The notes below the pieces were generated by a model that worked only from the letters and a program-made list of their open reading frames with translations, made no database searches and was not told the DNA's origin. DNA of 61,276 nucleotides. Source: a virus (lineage: Duplodnaviria; Caudoviricetes). A program made the translations under genes and the position numbers. The stretch spans positions 1 to 61,276 of the IMG/VR virus record IMGVR_UViG_3300033067_002048, one strand, 5' to 3'. This document shows positions 38,299 to 48,341 of this stretch, piece by piece. Position 1 is the stretch's first letter. Each line of letters starts with the position of its first letter.

Positions 38299-38848
38299 CC
38301 GGCGTCCGCGAAAGCTCGCGTGCTCGGCTCCGTGTGCGTTGGCGCGTCGAAGGTGAAGTCCGGCTCCTTCGACAAGTCAGGCTTCACGCCGTCATTGCCG
38401 TGCTTCTCCGCGCCGAGCTTGCGCGCTTCCTCCAGCGTCGGCGCGATGACGAGCAACGCGCCTCCATCGTGCCAGTTGTTCGTGATGTGCTCTACGTAGC
38501 TCCAGATAAACGCTTTCATGGTGCCTCCACCGCGGCCCGCACGCGTTGATACTCGTCACGCGCGGCGGGGTTGCGCGAGCAAGCAATGTTCAAGGCAAGC
38601 GGGCACGTGACCGCGATGTAGACGTAGCTCGTGCGCCCGGCGCTACGCCGCACCGGGTTGATGACCGCTCCGCACGCGACGCAATGCACTTGCACGAGCC
38701 CGGCCTTGAGCAAGAGCCGCTCGTCCATCTCGCGGTCTCGCAAGCTGATACGAAAGCGCGGGTTCTTGTGGCCGCCGTCGCGCGAGTAAAGCTCGATGCG
38801 CACGAAGGGCTTGAGCTTCGCAAAGAGCGGATGCTCCGTGAGCGTCAT
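38289..38848 (-). CDS. Two hypothetical genes (38289-38519, 38516-38848)
   Basis: ATGA-coupled ORFs with GGAGG RBSs. Confidence 0.55.
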
Positions 38849-39822
38849 AGGTCCCTCCGGTCTCGGAAGCCGAGGAACACGGGCGAGCGCGGCGCATCCT
38901 TGGCGCCGTGCGGTTGATGTTTGAATTTTACTACATCGCTCATGAGGTCGTCTTGTCGGCGCCAGAATTCGTCTTTCTGTGCGTCGGTCGTGCCCGAGCC
39001 ACACCGGAAGGTGAGCTTGCCCGAGCCCAAGCACTCGGTGCACCATTGGGTGTCCGAGGTGCGCTTGTCCGCCTTACACGCGGTGCACGGGCGTTGCTCG
39101 TCCGCGAAGCGGAGGATGAACGCGCCGAGGCGCGCCGTTGCTACGAGCCCGTCCTTTGCCGAGCTGCGCTTGGCGTAGCCGCGCTCGTCTCGCTTTTGCT
39201 CGTTCTCGTTCACGTAGAGCGGCTCAAAGCCGACGATGACCGCCTCCGCGTCCTCGAAGCGCTTGACCTTGAGGAGCGCGCCCTCGCGCATCGTGCTTCG
39301 GCCCCACTTGTAGAGCCCGTCCGGGTCGCGGAGCATGATGCCCTCGTAGCCCTTCTTGAGCTGGTGCTCTTCGTAGAGCGCAAGCTCGCCCTCACTTGTG
39401 ATGAGCACGTGCTCCACCGTGCGCACGAAGCTTCGCCCGGCGAGCATCTCCATGGTGGCGATGTCCAGGGCGCGGCGATAGCGCTCTTGGAAGGGCACAC
39501 CGGGGTCCGTGTGGTGGTCGAAGACGTTGAACGTGATGCCCTCCACGGCGCCGTCGTGGCTCATGATGGCCGAGGTCACGTCTTGGAACGTCGCGCCGGC
39601 CATCAACTCGCCGTCCAAGCCCTCCAGCTCGGGGCGCTGGAGAAGCTCGCGGAGCGCCTTATTTGGCACCGGCTTGAGCGAGCGCGTGAGCGCGAGCCCG
39701 CCACGCACCACGCATCGGATGCCGTCCAGCTTCGGCGAAGCCACGAGTGGGTAACGAAGCGTTTTGAAGTCCGGTAGCTCGCTACACGCGAGCATCGGCT
39801 TGAAGGTTTTCTCTTTGCTCAT
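38845..39822 (-). CDS. ATP-dependent DNA ligase
   Basis: Motif I PKLDGIR, LDGEL, FNVFD, EGIMLR, LLKVK; OB-fold GSG...PR.PVF.GFR. Confidence 0.92.
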   Translation of the reverse strand: MSKEKTFKPMLACSELPDFKTLRYPLVASPKLDGIRCVVRGGLALTRSLKPVPNKALRELLQRPELEGLDGELMAGATFQDVTSAIMSHDGAVEGITFNVFDHHTDPGVPFQERYRRALDIATMEMLAGRSFVRTVEHVLITSEGELALYEEHQLKKGYEGIMLRDPDGLYKWGRSTMREGALLKVKRFEDAEAVIVGFEPLYVNENEQKRDERGYAKRSSAKDGLVATARLGAFILRFADEQRPCTACKADKRTSDTQWCTECLGSGKLTFRCGSGTTDAQKDEFWRRQDDLMSDVVKFKHQPHGAKDAPRSPVFLGFRDRRDL

Positions 39823-40066
39823 GGCGCGTCTCCTACGTAGGCGTGTGCGGTGAACGAGCCATGCGGGTGCGGGCCGTCGTCCGCCACGCGCTCCAGATAG
39901 CGCCGAAACGCCTCCACAAGCTCCGTGCGCTTCTCCGGGGTCAGCTCGCTACGAAGGCCGTTGAACAGCATGCCCGAGCTTCCGCCCGTGAGGCCAGCGC
40001 CCACGTGCGCTTCCGTGACCATGATGTATTTGACCGCTGGGCGGCCCGGTCTGAACGTGTCGTCCA

Positions 40067-40942
40067 TCATGCGGCACGTCCTTCCACGAAGAGGTCCCAC
40101 GTGCGCGGGAAGCGCGCCTCAACGATGGCTCCTACGGTTGCGGCATACTCCCTAATTTCCAATTGCGCTTTGGTGTCCATGCGCAACGTGAGGAAGCCGA
40201 GCCAGTTACGAAGGTTCGCGCTCACGCGCATTCGCGAGTAACGCCCGACCGGAAGCCCGATACGCGCCAGCTCCTTCGGCACGCCGCGTTTCAGGCCGCT
40301 TTGGTAGACGCGCTCGGCGTGCTCGTAGAGGTCCGCCAATTCAGCAAGCCACGCGAGCGCGGCGTCCAACGTAAGCACCTCGGCGCCTTCGGCTACGCCA
40401 GCCTGCTTGCTCGTCTTCCACTCACACTCTCCGCCCATGTCGCAACGCGTGGGGTGCTCGCCCTTTTCACCGAAGTGCCATGTGCCGATAGCGCCGCACT
40501 TGGCGCACTTCTTCGTTGTGCCAGCAAAGAGCCGGTCCACAGTCGGCACGTAATTCACATCCGGCATCGGCGTGTAACGCGCGCTCAGCTCGTTATAGCT
40601 TTGCGTCCGATGCCGATGCCACTCGCGGAAGACGAATATGGGCGCTTGCACTTCTAGCGTGAGTCCGCCCATCTCGAAGGGCGTAAAGTGCTTGTTCTCG
40701 TAGAGGAAACGGAGGAGCTTCTCATCGCCCTTCTCGTAACCCTCCGACGCATCGCAGAAAGCCTCGTTCGTGTGTTCGTCTTGCTTACGGCCACACTTCT
40801 TGCACTTCGGTCCCCACCCGAGGAAGCCCTTGTGAGTGCTCATGCGGGCGGCTTCTATGATGCGCTCGTCCGAGCCCCACGCCTCGATGAGGTCCACGTA
40901 ACCGTGGTCCAGAACTTTCGCCGTCAACACGCTGGGTGACAT
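40067..40942 (-). CDS. thyX: Flavin-dependent thymidylate synthase
   Basis: H.TPFE, APIFVFREWHRHRTQSYNELSARY, ELARIGLP, NLRN...FL.LR....AQ.EIR. Confidence 0.93.
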   Translation of the reverse strand: MSPSVLTAKVLDHGYVDLIEAWGSDERIIEAARMSTHKGFLGWGPKCKKCGRKQDEHTNEAFCDASEGYEKGDEKLLRFLYENKHFTPFEMGGLTLEVQAPIFVFREWHRHRTQSYNELSARYTPMPDVNYVPTVDRLFAGTTKKCAKCGAIGTWHFGEKGEHPTRCDMGGECEWKTSKQAGVAEGAEVLTLDAALAWLAELADLYEHAERVYQSGLKRGVPKELARIGLPVGRYSRMRVSANLRNWLGFLTLRMDTKAQLEIREYAATVGAIVEARFPRTWDLFVEGRAA

Positions 40943-41117
40943 GCCACGCTCCTACGCACGAAACCGCGCTCACGCGTGACCCGTGCCATCTCCACGGTGA
41001 TGAAGCTCGCGAGCTTCGGGCTCACCGGCCGCACCACGTCCCGGAGCGCCGGCAAGGAGAAGCTTTGCGCTTGCTCCACCGTCCACCCGAGCGCTTCCGC
41101 TACTCGTTCGTGCACGC

Positions 41118-41423
41118 TCACGCGAGCACCGTCCCGCCCGCGGCTTCGATGAGCGCGCGAGCCGTGATGTGCCAGATGTCCGGCTCCTCCGCCGCGGAGA
41201 CGATGCTCGGCGCGTTGCGCACGTACAGCTTCACCATACGCCCGCGCCAATAATCGATGGTCAGCTCTCGCTTGCCGTTCGGCAGCGAGTGGAGCTTGAA
41301 TTCCTCGGGCTTTGCCTCGTCCAGCTTGTTGAAGTGGATGAGCCCCATCCCAACGCCGCCGCTTGCATTACACGCAAGCGCCGCCATCGTCTTCACTTGC
41401 TCTTCTGTCGCCTTGAATCTCAT
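41118..41423 (-). CDS. Hypothetical protein
   Basis: GMG.IH...DY..GR.VK pattern; AGGAG RBS. Confidence 0.6.
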   Translation of the reverse strand: MRFKATEEQVKTMAALACNASGGVGMGLIHFNKLDEAKPEEFKLHSLPNGKRELTIDYWRGRMVKLYVRNAPSIVSAAEEPDIWHITARALIEAAGGTVLA

Positions 41424-41456
41424 GTGTCCCTTCTCCTTTGTTGCCCGTTGAGGTGC

Positions 41457-41720
41457 TTAGACGGTCGCTTCCGGCGCCACGGGCTTCGCGCGCGGGAGTG
41501 CTTGGAACCACGTGCCGTTCGTGTCGCGCTTGCTGTCCAAGACGAAGTTGCCGTCCGCCGTCTTGAGCGCGCCGCTCTTCATCAGCTCTTGCGTTGCTCG
41601 GCGCGCGCTTGGGAGCGGCATGCCGCACGAGTCCGCGATGTCCGCATAGGACACCCACTTGCCCGCGTTGTCGGTCAGGTACTTGGAAATCTTCTCTTGT
41701 TGCTGGTTTGTTTTAGCCAT
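41457..41720 (-). CDS. Winged helix-turn-helix protein
   Basis: SYADIADSCGMPLPSARRATQELMKSGAL; AAGGAGG RBS; own promoter. Confidence 0.65.
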   Translation of the reverse strand: MAKTNQQQEKISKYLTDNAGKWVSYADIADSCGMPLPSARRATQELMKSGALKTADGNFVLDSKRDTNGTWFQALPRAKPVAPEATV

Positions 41721-41734
41721 GATGGCCTCCTTGG

Positions 41735-41790
41735 ATAGACACGCTAGCGCCTCCAGAATAGAAACGCAAGCGGTTGTGAAAATTATTTCG
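41735..41790 (-). promoter_or_regulatory. Sigma70-like promoter, copy 4
   Basis: TTGCGT-17 nt-TAGCGT; the spacer shares TATTCTGGAGG with copy 1. Confidence 0.6.
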
Positions 41791-42432
41791 GGCGGGTCTC
41801 GAATTCGTCGGACGTGCACACCTCTTCATCGGGCTTGCCGTCCTTAGTGCCGAGGAAGAGCCCGGCCCATATCTCTTTGCCGTCGTCATCAAAGCACACG
41901 TAAAGCGGTCCTTCGCCTAGTAGCTCCGCCTCCGTGCCAGCATCAAACCACGTGTCCGGCTTGGCGAAGTAGCGTTGCGGCGGAGGCGTCGGCGGCTCGC
42001 CGATGGGCAGGTTGATGGTGTGGATTTTTGGCTCGGTCATTTGATGTCCCACTCGTGGAGGTCGAAGCGGAGCGCGTTGTCCATGTCCTTCGCCCGCGGC
42101 GACTCTTGCAGCTCCAGCAAGAGCGCCTCCGCTTGAGTGCGCGAGTAGAAGATGCCACGGATGGTGCCGGCCGGGTTCGTCTCCTCCTCGTAGGTGTAGA
42201 CCTCGTGCACGACGTAGATTTTCCCCGAGAGGAGTTGCCGCACGCGCTCGGCAAGCTTCGCGGCCACCATGCGCTCGGCGCCGTTGAGGTCCGTCACGAC
42301 CTCGCGGAGCGCCAGCTCTTGCCGCGCCGTGACCTCGAAGGCGCGCACGAGCGAGCCGTCCGGCTGCTCCTTGCCGCCGCGCTCCCACACGTGCGTTCGT
42401 TGGATGATGTTGTTGATGAAGTGTGTGGTCAT
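41783..42432 (-). CDS. Two hypothetical genes (41783-42040, 42037-42432)
   Basis: ATGA-coupled ORFs downstream of the polymerase. Confidence 0.55.
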
Positions 42433-44483
42433 GCGGCCTTCTCCTCGGGCACCCACGGCACGAGCACCCCGTTTTGGTAGACCGGCTCGGCGCCCTTGTA
42501 CCACTTGGACATGAGCGCCGGCTCGGCTTTGCTCTTCACGTCCGGCGCGTATCGCCGGGCGGCTTGCAACATCACATCGGCCAGCTCGTGCGCGGCCTCG
42601 TGCGCGCGGTGTTTCGGCACCTCCGCGATAAGCTCGTCATGCACGAACGCCACGACGCGCGAGCCTTCGAGCGCGCTCGGCTTGTGGTCGTCAACCCAGC
42701 CGTGCGAGCGCTCGCCCGTGTAGCAGCGCATGACCACTTCGTAGGTCGCGCACTTGGACATGTCCGCAGCGAGCCCTTGGAAGAAGCCGTTAGCCGTATC
42801 GGAGAAGCCCATGCCGCCACGCACGCGCCGCGAGATGAATTGCCGAATCCATCCCTCTTGCGAGACGGAGTCCACCCAACGAAAGTAAGCGCGCGCTTCC
42901 GGCCATTGGGCGAACCATTGCGAGCGCACCTCCTCGGCCTCTTCGAGCGTGTAAAATTCGGGTGGGTCTTGCGCGCGCATGTGCTCCACGAAGCGCGGCG
43001 CGCCCATGCCGCCCGGAAAGCCGAAGTTTGGACCCTTCGCCTTTTGGCGCTTGTCCTTGACCAAGGTGTCGCCGGCCTTGCGGCGGCGCTTGCCCTCTTC
43101 ATAATCGATGTGGAGCATTTGCTCGCACGCAAAGAGTAGGTGCGGGTCCAAGTCTTGGTTCAATGCATTCGCTAGCGCATTTGGCCCGATGCTCCACAGC
43201 ATCACTTGCGCGAAGGTCACAAGCTCTTGCGAGCCGTAGTCCACGCTGCACAGCTCGAAGCCTGGGCGCGCCACGTAGCATTCGCGCACCTTCCCCTTGC
43301 GCGGAAGGTTTTGGATGTTCGGGTCATACGACGTAGAGCGCCCCGTGCCGGCGAGGTCATAACGCGCGTGCACGATGCCGCTCTTGAGCACGGGGATGTA
43401 GTTGGAGAGCATCTTCTCCGAGTGCTTGTAGTCCTTCCACGGCTTGAGCCTGATGTCCTCGCACGCCTCGATGGTCTCGGCGTCCGTCGCCACCTGACCA
43501 TCCGGGAACTTCGCCGAGGGGTCCGTGCGCGGCACCGCGAGCCCTTGCGCCTCGTAGGCCACGGTCACAAGCGCTTGGAGCACTTTCGTATTGGTCTTCC
43601 ACTTTTCGCCCGTTTCGCCCGCGTCGCGCTCCTCCTTCGTGAGCTTTCGTTGCTCGATGAGCGGAAGCGTTTGGACGAACGTCTCCACGATTTTTTGGCC
43701 CTTGCTCGTGCGCGTCTTCTTGACCTCCACGTCCATGTAGATTTGCGCGAGCGCTACGCGCTGCGTCTCCATGAGCGCGGTCAGCTCCACTTCGTATTCT
43801 CCAGCCGCGGCCGGGTCCGTCGCGAAGCCCCACGCGCTGATGAGGTGGAGCGCCCAGTAAGCCTTACATTGCTCGGCGAGGTTCGTGAGCGGACCGCGCG
43901 GGTCTTTGAGCGCGCGCGCCCATTGGCATTCAGCTACGCCGCCCGTGGCTCTTGCATCGAGGAGCGCATAGTCCGTGTATTCCGGGGGCCACTCGGAGAG
44001 CGGCACGCCGCGGAGCCATCCGTAGTTTTCGCGTGGCCCGCCGTCCTTGGTAAGCTCGATGCCCAAATATTTTTTGGTCATCCGCTTGAGGCCGTACCAC
44101 CCCGCGCCCTTCGGCGGGCGCCGGCCGTCCGGCATGCGGTTGAGGCAACCGTCCGCCGTGTCCATGAGCTGCTCCGAGAGCTTGCAGTCCCACACGCGCA
44201 TGCGGTCATAGAGCTGGCGGATTTTCTTGAAGAGGCGCATAGAGCCGGACTCGCGCACCATCACGGCAAAATCGTAGGGGCCGTTTTGCGTGGCGATGAT
44301 GAGCGGGTCTTCGTCGGGCGAGGCGAGCGCTTCGTCAATGAGCGCTTCGAGCACCTCCACGGCTTTGTCTATGCCGTAGAGCGCGGTCTCGCCGTCGCGG
44401 TGAAGGCTCAAGCACACGAGCCGCGGGACCATGTTCGCAGGCGAGAAAAGCTCCGTCTCCGTATCGAATGCGGCGAACCTCAT
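42429..44483 (-). CDS. DNA polymerase family A with 3'-5' exonuclease
   Basis: Exo I FDTET, N..YD, YA..DA; TGR.....PNIQNLP; motif A DY.SQEL; motif B RQKAK..NFG; motif C VHDE. Confidence 0.93.
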   Translation of the reverse strand: MRFAAFDTETELFSPANMVPRLVCLSLHRDGETALYGIDKAVEVLEALIDEALASPDEDPLIIATQNGPYDFAVMVRESGSMRLFKKIRQLYDRMRVWDCKLSEQLMDTADGCLNRMPDGRRPPKGAGWYGLKRMTKKYLGIELTKDGGPRENYGWLRGVPLSEWPPEYTDYALLDARATGGVAECQWARALKDPRGPLTNLAEQCKAYWALHLISAWGFATDPAAAGEYEVELTALMETQRVALAQIYMDVEVKKTRTSKGQKIVETFVQTLPLIEQRKLTKEERDAGETGEKWKTNTKVLQALVTVAYEAQGLAVPRTDPSAKFPDGQVATDAETIEACEDIRLKPWKDYKHSEKMLSNYIPVLKSGIVHARYDLAGTGRSTSYDPNIQNLPRKGKVRECYVARPGFELCSVDYGSQELVTFAQVMLWSIGPNALANALNQDLDPHLLFACEQMLHIDYEEGKRRRKAGDTLVKDKRQKAKGPNFGFPGGMGAPRFVEHMRAQDPPEFYTLEEAEEVRSQWFAQWPEARAYFRWVDSVSQEGWIRQFISRRVRGGMGFSDTANGFFQGLAADMSKCATYEVVMRCYTGERSHGWVDDHKPSALEGSRVVAFVHDELIAEVPKHRAHEAAHELADVMLQAARRYAPDVKSKAEPALMSKWYKGAEPVYQNGVLVPWVPEEKAA

Positions 44484-45227
44484 TTGGCGTGCTCCTTCAA
44501 CCACTCGGCGAGCATGTCCGCCTCGGCGTTGTTGCGAAGCTCCGCGATTTGGATGGCGTCTCCCACCTTCTTGCCGGAGACGGTCATCACGCGCCACAGC
44601 GTGCGCTCTGTGTAGGTGCCGCCGTAGCCTTCGCCCTCAATGTGCTTCGAGCGGACCTCGTAGGTGATGTCCGCTTTCATTTCGCAACCCGCGCTTTCCA
44701 CAAGAGGTCATGAAGCTCGCGGATGAAGCCTTGCAAGTAGGTGATGCGGGCGCGGAGTTGCTCGTTCTCCTTGCGCGTTGCGTTCTCCTCCTCAAGCGAG
44801 GCGAAGAGGCGCACTTCAAGGTGCGTCTCCATCACGAGCTTGGCGCGCTCGATGCCGCGGTCTAGCTCGGCGCGCAGCTCGTTTGCGAGCTTGTCCGCGT
44901 CCACGTCTTTGAGCGTGAGTTGGAACGTGACGGGCTCGAAGTCTTTGGTGCCTCGCTTGATGACGAACGGGCGCGGACCTACGGTGCTCTTACGCTTGCG
45001 GCTCATGGCTGCTCCTTCTTGTCCAGCTCGGCCCTAACGCGGGAGGCGAGCGAGCCCGGCCGCTTGCGGGTCGGTAGCTCGTTCGCTTCTTCCTCATCTT
45101 GTTCGGCGTCTGCATCGTAACAGTCTTCGTGGACGAAGCTGTCGTGGCCGCTGGAGCGGCGTATCTCATCGCCCGCAAAAATGCGGTCGCCACACTCTGG
45201 ACAAGTGCTGGCAAAATTCGCTTGCAT
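44480..45227 (-). CDS. Three small hypothetical genes (44480-44680, 44677-45006, 45003-45227)
   Basis: Coupled ORFs; the last has a CPEC...HEDC zinc ribbon. Confidence 0.55.
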
Positions 45228-45262
45228 ATTTATTCCCTTCTCTTCTTGGCTCAGCCAAAGCC

Positions 45263-45294
45263 AAAAGAAACGCCGAGCGGGGGGGCACTCGGCG
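45263..45294 (-). terminator. Intrinsic terminator
   Basis: Minus strand CGCCGAG-loop-CTCGGCG followed by TTTCTTTT. Confidence 0.6.
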
Positions 45295-45401
45295 GTTCTT
45301 TCGGCCGTCCGAGACACGCCAAGTCCTGACCCAGCACCGCTTTAAGCGGGCAGCATGGGCGATGCTGGGTCAGGATGGCAGGGTCGCGGAGAAGGGAATT
45401 C

Positions 45402-45890
45402 TTACGCGACCTGTCCTTGCTTACCATCTTCGCCGAGCGAGGAGAAGTCCACGCTGGTGAAATCGGCGCCTTTGTTCGTCTTGACGTTCGTGGCGATGGC
45501 CTTGAGGCGCTTGCCCGCGGCGGCTTGCTTCTTCTCGTCCGTGACGAGCGCGAGCAAGTCCCCGTCAATGTCCGCGGGGTCGGTCGTGCCAAACGCCGGC
45601 ATCAACACCTTCTTGATGTTCTTGAAGTAGAACGGATTTGGCGAGCCGTCCTTGAGCTTCTTTTTGATGACGTGGTCAATCACGGTGCCGGCCGGGCGGG
45701 TCTCCACCTGGCTCTTGATGACCTCGAAGGCGAAGATGACCGTGTCCACGCCCTTGAACGTCTCCTCCGCCGAGCGGAACTTGACGTGTTTGATGGCAAG
45801 CTCATCGTAGGTGCCCGGGATGAAGTAAATCCCCGAGCCGGAGCCGTCCATCTTCTCATCTTCAATGCCTTCAAACGGATTCTTTGCCAT
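45402..45890 (-). CDS. Putative single-stranded DNA-binding protein
   Basis: YF.PG.Y...I..V...FEV...G.DFT beta-rich pattern; sits between helicase and polymerase. Confidence 0.55.
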   Translation of the reverse strand: MAKNPFEGIEDEKMDGSGSGIYFIPGTYDELAIKHVKFRSAEETFKGVDTVIFAFEVIKSQVETRPAGTVIDHVIKKKLKDGSPNPFYFKNIKKVLMPAFGTTDPADIDGDLLALVTDEKKQAAAGKRLKAIATNVKTNKGADFTSVDFSSLGEDGKQGQVA

Positions 45891-45964
45891 GTTCGTCTTC
45901 CTCTTGTTCTTGCGCTAGCTCTACGTTCTCGGCACCATGCCGAGGCGTTGATGCGTTAGCGTGT

Positions 45965-47806
45965 TTATCCCAAAGTCCACCCTCGTGCAACACACGAGAG
46001 CAACTTTTGTGGAGCCTTGAAAGTCTCGGCGCTGTAGCGCGCTCGCTTCACGGCCTCGGCCATGGAGCGGAAGCTCACGTCCGTGTGGGCCAAGAAGTCC
46101 GCCCACACTTGTGGCGCGAGTTGCTTGGCGCGGTGCGTGCGCCCGAGAAGTTGTTGCCACGTCTTGCCGTTCGGCATCGGCGTGAGCACGAGGTTATTGT
46201 GCCACGCTTGGAGGTTCTTGCCCTGGTAGTGCGAGCGCGTGGAGAGCACGATGGAGCGTTGCCCCGCGGCCTTGCTCTTTGCGTAGGCTATCAGCTCCTC
46301 TGATGTACCGCCCGCGTAGACCGGGAGTCCTTCGCCCTCAAACCATGAGAGCACAGCGTCATGCTCGCACCATACGAGCCCGGGGTGCCCGCTCGTCTCG
46401 GACTCGCTCATCCACTCCACGGCCCACAGCATCGCGAAGTCCGAGAGCCACACGGGCTTCGTCTCGGGCTCAGGCTTCGTCCGTTGCTCGTCCCATTGCT
46501 TGAGCGTCGCAAGCGCCATGTCTTGGATAGCTCGCGGCAAAGAGCCCGCACGCGTTGCGTTGCGCACGCGCAGCTCACTATCAAGTGCCGCGTTGCCGCG
46601 GCGGCATATGTCGCGCACGAGCTGATTCCACGCCGAGCGCGCGCGGAGCCACTCTTGGTCCGGCTTGCCGTCCGCCGTCACCTTGCTCCAGTCCCACACG
46701 TAGTAGAAGCCGAGTGAAAGCTCCCGCATGCGTTGCGCCCAGCGTGCGCCGTCCGGCACCGGCTCCATGTCCGGCGTGACCCACGCGTCGTCTAAAAGCG
46801 CGAGCGCATCTAATACGTTCTTCGGCGTCTCTACGTCGCGCCGCGCCGTGAGCGTGAGCGGTATTTTGATTGACTCGACTTGCGCGAGCATGAAGCCCGA
46901 GGTTTCGCCCATGCGACGCTGGAGTCCCTCGCGCACGCTCTCACCCTCTTCGCACAGCTCCAGCAACGCGCCGGGCGGCATGCGCTCCAAGGGGTCTACG
47001 CCAGCGTCTACGGCGTTCGCCCAATCCTCCAGCTCCTTCCACGAACGAGGGAGCGGGGCGTCATGCGGGTGCGTCCACAAGAGGATATGCCAAAAGTCCC
47101 GGAGCCCCTTGTCTGAGAGCGTGCCGGTCATCGCTATGACCTTCGTCTCGGGGTTGTCCTTGATGTAGCTCTTGACGCGCCGGCCGCGCGCCGAGCCGAG
47201 GTTTTTGAGGTTGTGTGCTTCGTCAACGATGAGCACGTCCGGGCGGAGCCTCGTGAGGATGTCCGCCTTACGTGCGTCTTGCAACTCGCTGTAGGCCACG
47301 AGTTGGAGGTTAGGGTGGATGCGGTAGTGCTGCCCGAGCGTCGGGAGGACGGTGCCCGTCATCTCCGCCTTGACGCTCGGGGGTAGAAGCATCACGGGGC
47401 GCTCGCACTGAATTTGTGGCCATAGCTCCCGCGGCTTTTTGTCGGTCACGAACAACGGCGCCGCCCAGCTCTTGCCGGCGCCTACGTCTAACGAAATGAG
47501 TAACCCCTCGTGCTCGGCGGCATCCACGAGCATCGCCGCTTGAAGCGGGCGAAGGGGGAGCGGGCTCGGGCCATGTCCGCCGTTCGCTCCGTAGAGCAAA
47601 TCAGACACGACCGCGGCCAGCTCCTCCCCCGCCGCTTCATCCTCCAAGACCTCCATAGCCCGACGCGGCAGACCCTTGACGCGCAAGAATTCTGCGCTGC
47701 GAATGACCCCGCGGTCCCGAAGGGACCGGGAGAGGTTTGAATTCCTTGACATGGTATCAAGGAACCCTTTCTCCGCTAAGATTTGCGCGACGAGCTTGGA
47801 GGCCAC
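45965..47806 (-). CDS. Superfamily 2 (SNF2-like) helicase
   Basis: LRPLQ, Walker A VGAGKS, IVDEAH, MTGT, G.NLQ, QLLGRTHR. Confidence 0.88.
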   Translation of the reverse strand: MASKLVAQILAEKGFLDTMSRNSNLSRSLRDRGVIRSAEFLRVKGLPRRAMEVLEDEAAGEELAAVVSDLLYGANGGHGPSPLPLRPLQAAMLVDAAEHEGLLISLDVGAGKSWAAPLFVTDKKPRELWPQIQCERPVMLLPPSVKAEMTGTVLPTLGQHYRIHPNLQLVAYSELQDARKADILTRLRPDVLIVDEAHNLKNLGSARGRRVKSYIKDNPETKVIAMTGTLSDKGLRDFWHILLWTHPHDAPLPRSWKELEDWANAVDAGVDPLERMPPGALLELCEEGESVREGLQRRMGETSGFMLAQVESIKIPLTLTARRDVETPKNVLDALALLDDAWVTPDMEPVPDGARWAQRMRELSLGFYYVWDWSKVTADGKPDQEWLRARSAWNQLVRDICRRGNAALDSELRVRNATRAGSLPRAIQDMALATLKQWDEQRTKPEPETKPVWLSDFAMLWAVEWMSESETSGHPGLVWCEHDAVLSWFEGEGLPVYAGGTSEELIAYAKSKAAGQRSIVLSTRSHYQGKNLQAWHNNLVLTPMPNGKTWQQLLGRTHRAKQLAPQVWADFLAHTDVSFRSMAEAVKRARYSAETFKAPQKLLSCVARGWTLG

Positions 47807-47809
47807 GGC

Positions 47810-48085
47810 TTACAGCTCCGGCAACTCTTCGGCGGCCGGGGTGCTCGCGGTGGGCTTCGATGCCGCGGCTTTCTTCTTGGCCGGCCCCTTCTTCGCCGCG
47901 GGCGGCACCGGGGTGGGCGCTTGGGGCTCGTCACCCTTCAAGTCCACGTAGGCGGCTTTGACGCCCGCGAGCGCGGCTTGCACTTGCGCGGCGGAGGCCG
48001 CGAGCGCTTGCTCCGCCTTCTCCAACGCCTTCTCCAACGTTTGAAGCTGCTTTTCCGAAACGACTGATACGCCTTTGACTGCCAT
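47810..48085 (-). CDS. Ala/Lys/Pro-rich small protein
   Basis: AGGAG RBS and an upstream TATAAT; coiled coil with a basic tail. Confidence 0.6.
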   Translation of the reverse strand: MAVKGVSVVSEKQLQTLEKALEKAEQALAASAAQVQAALAGVKAAYVDLKGDEPQAPTPVPPAAKKGPAKKKAAASKPTASTPAAEELPEL

Positions 48086-48341
48086 CTTCCTTCTCCTTTT
48101 GCTCTTCGTCTAAACCATTATAGACGTGCTAGCTCTTCTATTACTCGTTCACGGGCTTTGTCAACTTCTCCCACAACATTTCTGCGCCCTTCGGCGCGGC
48201 CATGTCGAAAACCCCGGCAACCACGCCCGCGGCACGATTGCCGTGAAGCTCTACGAGGTGCTCGGCGGCCTCACGGTGCGAGGTGAACACCAGCTCCACA
48301 CCGTGCCAGCGCTTGCATTGCTCGCAAAGTCCACCGCACGG

